NCBI GenBank assembly: GCA_963554245.1
Contig: CAUVRF010000001.1
Span: forward strand, 4,400-68,399
Length of the DNA: 64,000 nucleotides
Direction: 5' to 3'
Source of the DNA: an uncultured Streptococcus sp.
GTDB taxonomy: Bacteria > Bacillota > Bacilli > Lactobacillales > Streptococcaceae
Both the position numbers and the translations under genes were made by a program. How positions within the stretch are numbered: position 1 is the stretch's first letter; every line of letters begins with the position of its first letter. The notes under the pieces were generated by a model, which saw only the letters and a list, made by a program, of their open reading frames with translations, searched no databases and was not told the origin of the DNA. Positions 30,804 to 41,242 of this stretch are shown here, piece after piece.

Positions 30804-31366
30804 TGAAAGAAAAAATTTCCCAAGTAATCGTGGTCGAAGGTCGCGATGATACGGCCAATCTCAAACGTTACTTTGATGTAGAGACCTATGAAACACGAGG
30901 TTCCGCAATAAATGACCAGGATATAGAACGCATTCAGCGTCTGCATGAATTACATGGAGTCATTGTCTTTACAGATCCAGATTTTAATGGGGAACGCATT
31001 CGTCGCATGATTATGACGGCCATTCCAACAGTACAGCATGCTTTTCTCAAGCGAGATGAGGCTGTTCCCAAATCTAAGACCAAGGGACGTTCTCTGGGAA
31101 TCGAACACGCCAGCTACGAAGATCTAAAAACAGCACTGGCTCAGGTGACAGAGCAATTTGAAAACGAGAACGAGTTTGACATCAGTCGTGGTGACTTGAT
31201 TCGCCTAGGTTTCTTAGCGGGAGAAGACAGTCGTAGGCGCAGAGAGTATCTAGGCGAACAGCTCCGCATCGGCTATTCCAATGGCAAGCAACTCCTTAAG
31301 CGCTTAGAGTTGTTTGGCGTAACCTTGGCAGAAGTGGAAGAAGTTATGACAAAATATTCAGTTTAA
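30803..31366 (+). CDS. rnmV: Ribonuclease M5
   Basis: TOPRIM motifs IVVEGRDD and TDPDFNGERIR. Confidence 0.95.
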   Translation: MKEKISQVIVVEGRDDTANLKRYFDVETYETRGSAINDQDIERIQRLHELHGVIVFTDPDFNGERIRRMIMTAIPTVQHAFLKRDEAVPKSKTKGRSLGIEHASYEDLKTALAQVTEQFENENEFDISRGDLIRLGFLAGEDSRRRREYLGEQLRIGYSNGKQLLKRLELFGVTLAEVEEVMTKYSV

Positions 31367-31377
31367 AGGAGTAAAAA

Positions 31378-32229
31378 ATGAAAAAAGTAATTATTACCGG
31401 TGGTAACAGTGGTATCGGTTATCAAGCTGCAAGGCAGTTAGCTGAGAAAGGGTGGTCAGTGACCCTATTTTGTAGGCGGCAAGAGGCTGCCGAGCAAGCT
31501 TGTGAGGAAATTCGTCAGCAGACAAGAAATCCACATGTAGATTATATCTTGGCTGATTTATCTGATATGAAGAGTGTCAGGAAAGCAGCGGAACAGTATA
31601 TTCAAAAAGAAGACGTTCTAGACGTTCTAATTAACAATGCAGCTGACTTTGATTTATCAGTCAAAAAGCCCATCCTGACTAAGGATGGATTAGAAAAACA
31701 ATTTGCGACCAATGTTGTTGCGCCCTTCCTGCTTTCTTTCCTGTTGAAAGGTTTGTTGGAAAAGTCAGAGAGTGGACGGATTATTAATATTTCTTCCCAG
31801 GGGCTAGTGCTTTATCCCTTCATGAAACTTGATTTTGAAAATTTAGCTGGTCAAAAACATTACAGTCCTGCTAAGACTTATTATCAGAATAAATTAGCCT
31901 TGTTGATGCTGTCGCTTTATATGCGGAAACATTGGAAAGATATTAAAATTCAAGCAATTCGTGTGACCAATGTCAAAGTAGATATGCGCCGCTATAATCA
32001 CCTCAGCGCTTTTATGAAAAATCTTTATAAAATCAAGTCAAGATTTTCGATTAGTCCTGAAGAAATGGCGAAAGTCTACACAGCCTTATCTACAGAAGAC
32101 GGATATGACGGTTTTTTGTATGACGAGAAATGCAGGGAAGTAAAAGCAAATAGATCTGCTTACGAAGAAGAAGAGCAGAAAAAACTCTATGCCTTACTTG
32201 AGCAATTGACTTTTTCAAACGATGAATGA
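31378..32229 (+). CDS. SDR-family NAD(P)-dependent oxidoreductase
   Basis: TGGNSGIG, LINNA and YYQNK (YxxxK) motifs. Confidence 0.9.
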   Translation: MKKVIITGGNSGIGYQAARQLAEKGWSVTLFCRRQEAAEQACEEIRQQTRNPHVDYILADLSDMKSVRKAAEQYIQKEDVLDVLINNAADFDLSVKKPILTKDGLEKQFATNVVAPFLLSFLLKGLLEKSESGRIINISSQGLVLYPFMKLDFENLAGQKHYSPAKTYYQNKLALLMLSLYMRKHWKDIKIQAIRVTNVKVDMRRYNHLSAFMKNLYKIKSRFSISPEEMAKVYTALSTEDGYDGFLYDEKCREVKANRSAYEEEEQKKLYALLEQLTFSNDE

Positions 32230-32456
32230 TAAAGATTTTAAAAAATAGAACAGATTTTACAAGTTGTTTCAATAGTGAGTGAAAATTCCGTATATGGAGT
32301 TGTTTGATGTGTTCCTAATGAAAATGGAAGAAGCCAGGATAAGTTAAGGGATGTTAAATAGTTCCTCGTATATATGACGATATATTATAGTTGATTTATT
32401 TCTAGGATTATCTATTTTGATAGCATTAAAATAGAAACTTATAAGGACAGATCGAA

Positions 32457-32753
32457 ATGACAATACAAGTTGACAGAGAGTCTATCTGCATGGGGGATGA
32501 TGTTTTTTCTCATCAGATGGACCTTGATATCCCGGAGGATATGACAGTTGAGGGGCTTTGTAGTTTTCTTCAAAAGGACAGATATCTGCCTGGATTGGAT
32601 ACGGAATGGCTTCTTCGACATGGTGGAAAGACAATAACAAGTTATAATACGGAAACAAAAGAACTGACGAATCCAAATGTTTGTTTAAAAGACCTGATTC
32701 ATCAGGGCTCTAGAGGAAATGATTTTGTTTGGATATATCGTCGTTCATATTAG
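32457..32753 (+). CDS. Hypothetical protein (98 aa)
   Basis: AAGGA RBS precedes the ATG. The ORF ends 12 nt before rsmA and has globular composition. Confidence 0.75.
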   Translation: MTIQVDRESICMGDDVFSHQMDLDIPEDMTVEGLCSFLQKDRYLPGLDTEWLLRHGGKTITSYNTETKELTNPNVCLKDLIHQGSRGNDFVWIYRRSY

Positions 32754-32765
32754 AAAAGAGAATAG

Positions 32766-33638
32766 ATGAGAATTGCAGATTATAGCGTGACCAAGGCAGT
32801 GCTGGAGCGTCACGGTTTTACCTTTAAAAAGTCCTTTGGGCAAAATTTCCTGACGGATACCAATATTCTTCAAAAAATTGTCGATACGGCTGAAATTGAT
32901 GACCAGGTCAATGTTATCGAAATTGGGCCAGGTATTGGTGCCTTGACAGAGTTTTTGGCTGAGCGTGCAGCTCAAGTCATGGCCTTTGAGATTGACCACC
33001 GTTTGGTGCCAATTTTAGCAGATACTTTACGTGATTTTGACAATGTAACAGTAGTCAACGAGGACATTCTAAAAGTTGACCTAGCTCAGCATATCCAGAA
33101 TTTCAAAAATCCAGACCTGCCGATTAAGGTAGTTGCCAACTTGCCCTACTATATCACAACGCCTATTCTCATGCACTTGATCGAGAGTGGGATTCCTTTT
33201 AGTGAGTTTGTGGTCATGATGCAAAAAGAAGTGGCGGATCGCATCTCAGCACAGCCAAATACCAAGGCTTACGGTAGTTTGTCGATTGCTGTGCAGTATT
33301 ATATGACAGCCAAGGTTGCCTTCATCGTGCCTCGTACGGTCTTTGTGCCAGCCCCAAACGTGGACTCAGCTATCTTGAAAATGGTGCGTCGTCCAGAGCC
33401 AGCTGTAGCAGTGAAAGATGAGAACTTCTTCTTTAAGGTTTCCAAGGCTAGTTTCACTCATCGTCGTAAGACCTTGTGGAACAACTTAACAGGCTACTTT
33501 GGGAAGACCGAAGAAATCAAGGATAAATTGACCAAGGCTTTGGACCAGGCAGGCTTATCTCCATCTGTGCGTGGGGAAGCGCTCAGCTTGGAAGAGTTTG
33601 CCAGTCTGGCAGATGCGCTTAAAGGACAAGGACTCTAA
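32766..33638 (+). CDS. rsmA: 16S rRNA dimethyladenosine transferase (KsgA)
   Basis: [16 protein letters not shown] and ANLPYYI motifs. Confidence 0.97.
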   Translation: MRIADYSVTKAVLERHGFTFKKSFGQNFLTDTNILQKIVDTAEIDDQVNVIEIGPGIGALTEFLAERAAQVMAFEIDHRLVPILADTLRDFDNVTVVNEDILKVDLAQHIQNFKNPDLPIKVVANLPYYITTPILMHLIESGIPFSEFVVMMQKEVADRISAQPNTKAYGSLSIAVQYYMTAKVAFIVPRTVFVPAPNVDSAILKMVRRPEPAVAVKDENFFFKVSKASFTHRRKTLWNNLTGYFGKTEEIKDKLTKALDQAGLSPSVRGEALSLEEFASLADALKGQGL

Positions 33639-33639
33639 G

Positions 33640-34518
33640 ATGCAGGGACAAATCATTAAAGCCTTGGCAGGATTCTATTATGTCGAGAGTGATGGCCAAG
33701 TCTATCAGACACGTGCGCGTGGGAATTTCCGCAAAAAAGGTCATACACCCTACGTTGGGGATTGGGTAGACTTTTCTGCGGAGGAAAATTCAGAAGGTTA
33801 TATCCTCAAAATTCACGAACGGAAAAACAGTCTGGTTCGTCCACCTATTGTCAATATTGACCAAGCTGTGGTGATCATGTCCGTCAAGGAACCGGATTTC
33901 AACAGTAATTTGCTGGATCGTTTCTTGGTTCTTTTGGAGCACAAGGGCATTCATCCCATCGTCTATATTTCTAAAATGGACTTGCTGGAAGATAGGGGAG
34001 AATTAGATTTTTACCAACAAACCTATGGTGCTATTGGTTACGATTTTGTGACCAGCAAGGAGGAGCTCCTGCCCCTGTTGACAGGTAAGGTTACAGTTTT
34101 CATGGGGCAGACAGGTGTTGGGAAATCAACCCTTCTCAATAAAATCGCACCGGACCTCAATCTTGAAACAGGAGAAATCTCAGACAGTCTGGGTCGCGGT
34201 CGTCATACCACTCGAGCTGTTAGTTTTTACAACCTCAATGGGGGTAAAATCGCGGACACACCAGGCTTTTCATCGCTGGATTATGAAGTGTCATCAGCTG
34301 AAGACCTCAATCAGGCCTTTCCAGAGATTGCCAGTGTCAGTCGAGACTGCAAGTTCCGTACTTGTACCCATACCCATGAGCCGTCTTGTGCGGTTAAGCC
34401 AGCTGTAGAAGAAGGCGCTATTGCAACCTTCCGTTTTGACAACTACCTGCAATTTCTCAGTGAAATTGAAAATCGCAGAGAAACCTATAAAAAAGTCAGC
34501 AAAAAAATTCCAAAATAA
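33640..34518 (+). CDS. rsgA: Ribosome small subunit-dependent GTPase A
   Basis: [17 protein letters not shown] and [14 protein letters not shown] motifs. Confidence 0.96.
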   Translation: MQGQIIKALAGFYYVESDGQVYQTRARGNFRKKGHTPYVGDWVDFSAEENSEGYILKIHERKNSLVRPPIVNIDQAVVIMSVKEPDFNSNLLDRFLVLLEHKGIHPIVYISKMDLLEDRGELDFYQQTYGAIGYDFVTSKEELLPLLTGKVTVFMGQTGVGKSTLLNKIAPDLNLETGEISDSLGRGRHTTRAVSFYNLNGGKIADTPGFSSLDYEVSSAEDLNQAFPEIASVSRDCKFRTCTHTHEPSCAVKPAVEEGAIATFRFDNYLQFLSEIENRRETYKKVSKKIPK

Positions 34519-34528
34519 GGAGAAACCT

Positions 34529-35185
34529 ATGTCTCAATACAAGATTGCTCCGTCAATTCTGGCAGCAGATTATGCCAACTTTGAACGTGAAATCAAACGC
34601 CTAGAAGCAACTGGGGCAGAATATGCCCATATCGATATCATGGATGGTCACTTTGTACCGCAAATCAGTTTTGGTGCAGGTGTGGTTGAAGCTCTTCGCC
34701 CCCATAGCAAGATGGTCTTTGACTGCCACTTGATGGTAGATAATCCTGAGCATCATCTAGAAGATTTTGCGCGTGCAGGTGCGGATATCATCAGCATTCA
34801 TGTTGAAGCAACACCTCATATCCATGGTGCTCTTCAAAAGATTCGTTCTCTAGGTGTCAAACCTTCTGTTGTCATTAACCCTGGTACGCCGGTTGAAGCT
34901 ATCAAACACGTCCTTCACCTAGTGGACCAAGTCTTAGTCATGACAGTGAACCCTGGATTTGGCGGTCAAGCCTTTCTGCCTGAAACCATGGACAAGGTTC
35001 GTGAGTTGGTTTCCCTTCGTGAGGAAAAAGGCTTGGACTTTGAGATTGAAGTCGATGGTGGGATTGATGATCAAACCATTTCTCAAGCTAAAGAAGCTGG
35101 TGCTACCGTTTTTGTAGCAGGGTCTTATGTCTTTAAGGGAGATGTCAATGAACGAGTGCAAACTCTCAGAAAACAATTGGATTAG
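34529..35185 (+). CDS. rpe: Ribulose-phosphate 3-epimerase
   Basis: IAPSIL, HIDIMDGHFVP, MTVNPGFGGQ and EVDGG motifs. Confidence 0.97.
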   Translation: MSQYKIAPSILAADYANFEREIKRLEATGAEYAHIDIMDGHFVPQISFGAGVVEALRPHSKMVFDCHLMVDNPEHHLEDFARAGADIISIHVEATPHIHGALQKIRSLGVKPSVVINPGTPVEAIKHVLHLVDQVLVMTVNPGFGGQAFLPETMDKVRELVSLREEKGLDFEIEVDGGIDDQTISQAKEAGATVFVAGSYVFKGDVNERVQTLRKQLD

Positions 35186-35810
35186 GGTTGCCGTTTTTGC
35201 CGGCGGAGATCGCGGTCATTATCGGACGGATTTTGATTGCTTTGTCGGTGTGGATCGAGGCTCGCTCTGGGTCTTGGAAGAAGACCTTCCTCTCGACCTA
35301 GCAGTTGGAGATTTTGATTCGGTGACTGCAGACGAACGTCAGTTGATTCAAAAACGTGCCCAACATTTTGTCCAAGCCCAGCCAGAAAAGGATGATACGG
35401 ATCTGGAACTAGCACTTTTAACGATTTTTGAAAAAAATCCTCAAGCCCAAGTGACCATTTTTGGGGCTTTGGGTGGTCGTATTGATCATATGCTGGCTAA
35501 TGTCTTTCTGCCTAGCAATCCCAAGTTGGCACCCTATATGCGCCAGATAGCGATTGAGGATGGGGAAAACTTGATTGCCTATTGTCCAGAAGGAACCAGT
35601 CAGCTAGAGCCCCGTTCAGACTACGATTATCTAGCCTTTATGCCAGTTCGGGATAGCCAGCTGACTATTCTTGGTGCCAAGTACGAATTGACAGAGGAAA
35701 ATTTTTTCTTTAAAAAAGTGTACGCTTCTAACGAATATATAGATAGGGAAGTTTCGGTAACTTGCCCAGATGGCTATGTCGTCGTGCTGCATAGCAAGGA
35801 CAGGAGGTAG
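35148..35810 (+). CDS. thiN: Thiamine diphosphokinase
   Basis: GVDRG, GDFDS, EKDDTD and GGRIDH motifs. Start inferred from an AAGGGAG RBS. Confidence 0.9.
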   Translation: MNECKLSENNWIRVAVFAGGDRGHYRTDFDCFVGVDRGSLWVLEEDLPLDLAVGDFDSVTADERQLIQKRAQHFVQAQPEKDDTDLELALLTIFEKNPQAQVTIFGALGGRIDHMLANVFLPSNPKLAPYMRQIAIEDGENLIAYCPEGTSQLEPRSDYDYLAFMPVRDSQLTILGAKYELTEENFFFKKVYASNEYIDREVSVTCPDGYVVVLHSKDRR

Positions 35811-35811
35811 G

Positions 35812-37068
35812 ATGGAGACTGTATTATTACTATTATTAATTGCCAATCTAGCTGGTCTCTTTCTGATTTGGCAAAGGCAGGATAAGCAAGACAAGTACCT
35901 AGCCAAGAGTTTGGAGGATCAGGCAGACAATCTTTCAGACCAACTGGATTATCGCTTTGAACAAGCTAGGCAAGCCAATCAGCTAAATCAAAAAGACTTG
36001 GAAGTGGCTGTCAGCGACCGTTTGCAGGAGGTGCGAATGGAGTTGCACCAAGGCTTGACTCAAGTTAGACAGGAGATGAACGAGAATCTCCTTCAAACTA
36101 GGGACAAGACCGACCAACGTCTCCAAGCCTTGCAGGAGTCCAATGAGCAACGCTTGGAACAAATGCGCCAGACGGTCGAGGAAAAGTTAGAGAAGACCTT
36201 ACAGACACGCTTGCAGGCTTCCTTCGAGACAGTTTCCAAGCAACTGGAGTCTGTCAATCGTGGCCTAGGAGAGATGCAGACAGTTGCCCGCGATGTCGGT
36301 GCCCTGAACAAGGTTCTCTCTGGAACCAAGACGCGAGGGATTCTAGGAGAATTGCAACTGGGGCAAATCATCGAAGACATCATGACACCAGCCCAGTACG
36401 AACGAGAATATGCAACGGTTGAAAACTCCAGTGAACGGGTGGAATACGCCATCAAGTTACCTGGACAGGGTGACCAGGAATATGTCTACTTACCGATTGA
36501 CTCCAAGTTTCCACTGGCAGATTATTACCGCCTAGAAGAAGCCTATGAAGCAGGCGATAAGGACGAGATTGAACGTTGTCGCAAGTCACTTTTAGCAAGC
36601 GTCAAGCGCTTTGCCAAGGATATCAAGAGCAAGTATCTGGCGCCTCCTCGAACGACCAATTTTGGAATTTTGTTTGTTCCAACAGAAGGACTTTACTCAG
36701 AAATCGTCCGCAATCCGGTCTTCTTTGATGATTTGAGACGGGAGGAGCAGATTATTGTTGCTGGTCCAAGTACCCTATCAGCCCTGCTTAACTCTCTATC
36801 AGTTGGCTTCAAGACTCTCAATATCCAAAAGAGTGCCGACCATATCAGCAAGACTCTTGCCAGCGTCAAGACCGAGTTTGGCAAGTTTGGTGGCATTCTG
36901 GTCAAAGCACAAAAGCATCTCCAACATGCCTCTGGCAATATTGATGAATTATTAAACCGTCGTACCACAGCTATCGAGCGGACGCTCCGTCACATTGAAT
37001 TATCAGAAGGTGAGCCTGCGCTTGATCTACTCCATTTCCAAGAAGATGAGGAAGAATATGAAGATTAG
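35812..37068 (+). CDS. rmuC: DNA recombination protein RmuC
   Basis: N-terminal TM, coiled coil, RGILGELQL and IDSKFP. Confidence 0.93.
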   Translation: METVLLLLLIANLAGLFLIWQRQDKQDKYLAKSLEDQADNLSDQLDYRFEQARQANQLNQKDLEVAVSDRLQEVRMELHQGLTQVRQEMNENLLQTRDKTDQRLQALQESNEQRLEQMRQTVEEKLEKTLQTRLQASFETVSKQLESVNRGLGEMQTVARDVGALNKVLSGTKTRGILGELQLGQIIEDIMTPAQYEREYATVENSSERVEYAIKLPGQGDQEYVYLPIDSKFPLADYYRLEEAYEAGDKDEIERCRKSLLASVKRFAKDIKSKYLAPPRTTNFGILFVPTEGLYSEIVRNPVFFDDLRREEQIIVAGPSTLSALLNSLSVGFKTLNIQKSADHISKTLASVKTEFGKFGGILVKAQKHLQHASGNIDELLNRRTTAIERTLRHIELSEGEPALDLLHFQEDEEEYED

Positions 37069-37999
37069 TCACATGAAAAAAGATGAGCTGTTTGAAGGTT
37101 TTTACCTGATTAAGTCAGCTGACCTAAGACAGACGCGTGCTGGGAAAAACTACCTAGCCTTTACCTTCCAAGACGATAGTGGCGAGATTGAAGGGAAACT
37201 CTGGGATGCCCAACCTCATAACGTTGAGGCCTTTACCGCTGGGAAAGTAGTCCACATGCAGGGACGCAGAGAAGTCTATAATAATACTCCTCAAGTCAAT
37301 CAAATTACTCTCCGCTTGCCTCAGCCTGGGGAACCCAATGATCCAGCTGACTTCAAGGTCAAGTCACCAGTCGATGTCAAGGAAATCCGTGACTACATGT
37401 CACAAATGATTTTCAAGATTGAAAATCCTGTCTGGCAGCGTATCGTTCGTAGTCTCTACACCAAGTATGATAAGGAATTCTACTCCTATCCAGCTGCCAA
37501 GACCAACCACCATGCCTTTGAAACGGGTTTGGCCTATCATACAGCAACTATGGTACGCTTGGCAGATGCCATTAGCGAGATCTATCCTCAGCTCAATAAG
37601 AGCCTGCTCTATGCTGGGATTATGCTGCATGACTTGGCTAAGGTCATCGAGTTGACGGGACCAGACCAGACTGAGTATACAGTGCGAGGTAATCTTCTTG
37701 GGCATATCGCCCTCATCGATAGCGAAATTACTAAGACAGTCATGGAACTAGGCATCGATGATACTAGAGAAGAAGTGGTGCTACTGCGCCATGTCATCCT
37801 CAGTCATCATGGCTTGCTAGAGTATGGAAGTCCAGTCCGTCCACGCATTATGGAGGCAGAGATTATCCATATGATTGACAATCTAGATGCCAGCATGATG
37901 ATGATGTCAACAGCTCTAGCTTTGGTGGACAAAGGAGAGATGACCAATAAAATCTTCGCTATGGACAATCGTTCCTTCTATAAACCAGATTTAGATTAA
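37058..37999 (+). CDS. yhaM: 3'-5' exoribonuclease YhaM (Cbf1)
   Basis: OB fold, then HHAFETGLAYH and LHDLAK (HD domain). Confidence 0.95.
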   Translation: MKISHMKKDELFEGFYLIKSADLRQTRAGKNYLAFTFQDDSGEIEGKLWDAQPHNVEAFTAGKVVHMQGRREVYNNTPQVNQITLRLPQPGEPNDPADFKVKSPVDVKEIRDYMSQMIFKIENPVWQRIVRSLYTKYDKEFYSYPAAKTNHHAFETGLAYHTATMVRLADAISEIYPQLNKSLLYAGIMLHDLAKVIELTGPDQTEYTVRGNLLGHIALIDSEITKTVMELGIDDTREEVVLLRHVILSHHGLLEYGSPVRPRIMEAEIIHMIDNLDASMMMMSTALALVDKGEMTNKIFAMDNRSFYKPDLD

Positions 38000-38008
38000 T
38001 GATTTAAG

Positions 38009-38045
38009 AAAAACGAGCATTTTTTACGCAATAATGTTCGTTTTT
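38009..38045. promoter_or_regulatory. Inverted PurBox-like pair upstream of purR (may also act as the yhaM terminator)
   Basis: AAAAACGAGCATT...AATGTTCGTTTTT. Confidence 0.5.
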
Positions 38046-38103
38046 TTATGTGAATGTGGTATAATGGATAAAATATCAAAATTAAATGGAATGGTAAATA
38101 AAA

Positions 38104-38931
38104 ATGAAATTAAGAAGAAGTGATCGGATGGTTGTCATTTCCAACTATTTGATTAATAATCCATACAAACTAACAAGTCTCAATACCTTTGCAGAAAAGT
38201 ACGAATCTGCTAAATCATCGATTTCAGAGGACATCGTGATTATCAAGCGTGCCTTTGAGGAAATCGAAATCGGTCATATTCAGACTGTGACTGGAGCAGG
38301 TGGTGGCGTTATTTTTACACCATCAATCTCAAGCCATGAAGCCAAAGAAATGATCGCAGACTTGCGTGACAAACTTTCAGAAAGCGACCGTATCTTGCCA
38401 GGTGGTTATATCTACCTGTCTGATTTGCTCAGTACACCTGCCATTTTGAAAAATATTGGGCGCATCATTGCCAAGAGCTTTATGGACCAAAAAATCGATG
38501 CCGTTATGACAGTAGCAACAAAAGGTGTGCCACTCGCAAATGCAGTTGCCAATGTCCTCAATGTTCCATTTGTCATTGTGCGCCGTGATTTGAAAATTAC
38601 CGAAGGTTCAACGGTCAGCGTCAACTATGTTTCAGGTTCCAGCGGTGACCGCATTGAGAAAATGTTCCTTTCAAAACGCAGTCTCAAGGCAGGCAGTCGT
38701 GTCTTGATCGTGGATGACTTTTTGAAAGGCGGCGGAACGGTCAACGGGATGATTAGTCTCTTGCGTGAGTTTGATTCAGAGTTGGCTGGTGTTGCAGTCT
38801 TTGCAGACAATGCCCAAGAAGAACGTGAAAAGCAGTTTGATTACAAGTCACTCTTGAAAGTAACCAATATTGATGTTAAGAACCAATCCATCGATGTTGA
38901 GATTGGAAATATCTTTGACGAAGACAAATAA
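38104..38931 (+). CDS. purR: Pur operon repressor
   Basis: SAKSSISED HTH, LPGGYIYLSD and VLIVDDFLKGGGT (PRT fold). Confidence 0.96.
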   Translation: MKLRRSDRMVVISNYLINNPYKLTSLNTFAEKYESAKSSISEDIVIIKRAFEEIEIGHIQTVTGAGGGVIFTPSISSHEAKEMIADLRDKLSESDRILPGGYIYLSDLLSTPAILKNIGRIIAKSFMDQKIDAVMTVATKGVPLANAVANVLNVPFVIVRRDLKITEGSTVSVNYVSGSSGDRIEKMFLSKRSLKAGSRVLIVDDFLKGGGTVNGMISLLREFDSELAGVAVFADNAQEEREKQFDYKSLLKVTNIDVKNQSIDVEIGNIFDEDK

Positions 38932-38997
38932 GAGATAGAACTAAAGGTTGGAACGATTGTCCCAGCCTTTCTTTGCAAACAGAATAGAAGGATGCTT

Positions 38998-40254
38998 ATG
39001 AAAACACCATTTATCAGCCGTGAAGATTTAGAAACGATTGTTTCCGAGTTCCCAACTCCCTTTCACTTGTATGACGAGAAGGGGATTCGTGAAAAAGCAA
39101 GAGCGGTAAACAAGGCTTTTTCGTGGAATAAGGGTTTTAAAGAATATTTTGCAGTCAAGGCCACTCCAACCCCAGCCATCTTGAAAATTCTCCAAGAGGA
39201 AGGTTGTGGTGTGGACTGTTCTAGTTACGTGGAGCTCTTGATGAGTCACAAGCTGGATTTCCCGGGTTCTGAAATCATGTTCTCTTCTAACAATACCCCA
39301 GACCAAGAGTACGCTTATGCGCGTGAATTGGGCGCAACCATTAACTTGGATGCCTTTGAAGATATTGAACATCTAGAGCGAGCGGCAGGCATTCCAGAAA
39401 TCATCTCTTGTCGTTACAATCCTGGAGGCGTTTTTGAGCTAGGGACAGACATCATGGACAATCCTGGAGAAGCCAAGTTTGGCATGACCAAGGACCAGCT
39501 TTTTGAAGCCTTTGCGATTTTGAAGGAAAAAGGAGCCAAGACTTTTGGGATTCACTCCTTCCTAGCATCCAATACTGTCACCCATCTCTATTATCCAGAG
39601 TTGGCACGTCAGCTCTTTGAATTGGCTGTTGAAATCAAGGAAAAGTTGGGCATTTCGCTAGACTTTATCAATCTTTCTGGCGGTATTGGTGTCAATTACC
39701 GTCCAGACCAGGAGCCAAATGACATCGCTGTGATTGGTGAAGGGGTACGTAAGGTTTATGAAGAAGTCCTTACGCCAGCAGGTCTTGGTCAGGTCAAGAT
39801 TTTTACTGAATTGGGCCGTTTTATGCTGGCGCCTCACGGAGTTCTCGTCACCAAAGTAACTCATAAAAAGAAAACCTACCGTACCTATCTAGGTGTGGAT
39901 GCATCAGCAGTCAACCTCATGCGCCCAGCCATGTATGGAGCCTACCACCATATCACCAATCTGACTCATCCAGATGGACCTGTTGAAGTGGTAGACGTGG
40001 TCGGTTCACTCTGTGAAAACAATGATAAATTTGCAGTGAACCGCGAACTACCTTATACAGAAATCGGTGATTTGCTAGTGATTCATGATACAGGTGCACA
40101 TGGATTCTCCATGGGTTACCAGTACAATGCCAAACTACGCTCGGCAGAAATCCTCTATACCGAAGAAGGGAAAGCCCGTCAAATCCGCCGTGCAGAGCGT
40201 CCTGAGGACTATTTTGCAACCTTGTATGGTTTTGATTTTGAATCGGATCAGTAA
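38998..40254 (+). CDS. lysA: Diaminopimelate decarboxylase
   Basis: PTPFHLYDE, FAVKA, ELGR, CENND and GAHGFSMG motifs. Confidence 0.93.
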   Translation: MKTPFISREDLETIVSEFPTPFHLYDEKGIREKARAVNKAFSWNKGFKEYFAVKATPTPAILKILQEEGCGVDCSSYVELLMSHKLDFPGSEIMFSSNNTPDQEYAYARELGATINLDAFEDIEHLERAAGIPEIISCRYNPGGVFELGTDIMDNPGEAKFGMTKDQLFEAFAILKEKGAKTFGIHSFLASNTVTHLYYPELARQLFELAVEIKEKLGISLDFINLSGGIGVNYRPDQEPNDIAVIGEGVRKVYEEVLTPAGLGQVKIFTELGRFMLAPHGVLVTKVTHKKKTYRTYLGVDASAVNLMRPAMYGAYHHITNLTHPDGPVEVVDVVGSLCENNDKFAVNRELPYTEIGDLLVIHDTGAHGFSMGYQYNAKLRSAEILYTEEGKARQIRRAERPEDYFATLYGFDFESDQ

Positions 40255-40347
40255 AAGAAATTGAAAATGAAAGTGAAAAACAGATTGCTTTCTAAAAAAT
40301 AGACAAAAAAACCTTGTTTTTCACCTTACTCGTGATATAATAAAACT

Positions 40348-40361
40348 ATAAAACGGTTTCA
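40348..40361. promoter_or_regulatory. cre-like site upstream of pflA
   Basis: ATAAAACGGTTTCA (reverse complement TGAAACCGTTTTAT) between TGATATAAT and the RBS. Confidence 0.55.
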
Positions 40362-40375
40362 AGGAAGGTGACGAT

Positions 40376-41170
40376 ATGTCTGAAGAAACAATTGACTATG
40401 GACAAGTGACAGGAATGGTGCATTCGACAGAGAGTTTTGGGGCGGTAGATGGCCCTGGGATTCGGTTTATTGTCTTTTTGCAAGGTTGTCAGATGCGTTG
40501 CCAGTACTGCCATAACCCCGATACATGGGCTATGGAGACCAATAAATCACGAAGACGGACAGTAGACGATGTTTTGTCAGAAGCCCTTCGCTACCGTGGA
40601 TTCTGGGGAGACAAAGGAGGAATCACTGTTAGTGGAGGAGAAGCTCTCTTACAGATTGATTTCCTAATTGCCCTCTTTACCAAGGCCAAGGAAAAAGGAA
40701 TCCACTGTACCTTGGACACCTGTGCCCTTCCATTCCGTAACAAACCACGTTATCTCGAAAAGTTTAATAAACTCATGGCGGTGACAGACTTGGTTCTCCT
40801 GGATATCAAGGAAATCAACGAAGAACAGCATAAGATTGTCACAAGCCAAACCAATAAAAACATCTTGGCCTGTGCCCAGTACCTATCAGATATCGGGAAG
40901 CCTGTTTGGATTCGCCATGTTCTCGTACCAGGATTGACAGACCGTGATGAAGATTTGATCGAACTTGGGAAGTTCGTAAAAACCCTCAAAAACGTTGACA
41001 AGTTTGAAATCCTACCTTATCATACGATGGGAGAATTCAAGTGGCGTGAACTTGGGATTCCTTATTCGCTTGAAGGGGTCAAACCTCCAACAGCAGACCG
41101 TGTCAAGAATGCCAAGGAATTGATGGATACAGAAAGTTACCAAGATTACATGAAACGTGTTCATGGATAA
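40376..41170 (+). CDS. pflA: Pyruvate formate-lyase activating enzyme
   Basis: VDGPGIR and the radical-SAM motif CQMRCQYCHNPDTW. Confidence 0.96.
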   Translation: MSEETIDYGQVTGMVHSTESFGAVDGPGIRFIVFLQGCQMRCQYCHNPDTWAMETNKSRRRTVDDVLSEALRYRGFWGDKGGITVSGGEALLQIDFLIALFTKAKEKGIHCTLDTCALPFRNKPRYLEKFNKLMAVTDLVLLDIKEINEEQHKIVTSQTNKNILACAQYLSDIGKPVWIRHVLVPGLTDRDEDLIELGKFVKTLKNVDKFEILPYHTMGEFKWRELGIPYSLEGVKPPTADRVKNAKELMDTESYQDYMKRVHG

Positions 41171-41242
41171 AAAAGAAGCCTGATGGAGACATCGGGCTTT
41201 TGTGATGCATAAAAAGCCTAGCCTTTCAGCTAAGCCTTTTTC

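Noticed and set aside
38932..38997. Lysine riboswitch upstream of lysA
   Set aside because: The gap is only ~65 nt and holds a single terminator-like hairpin.
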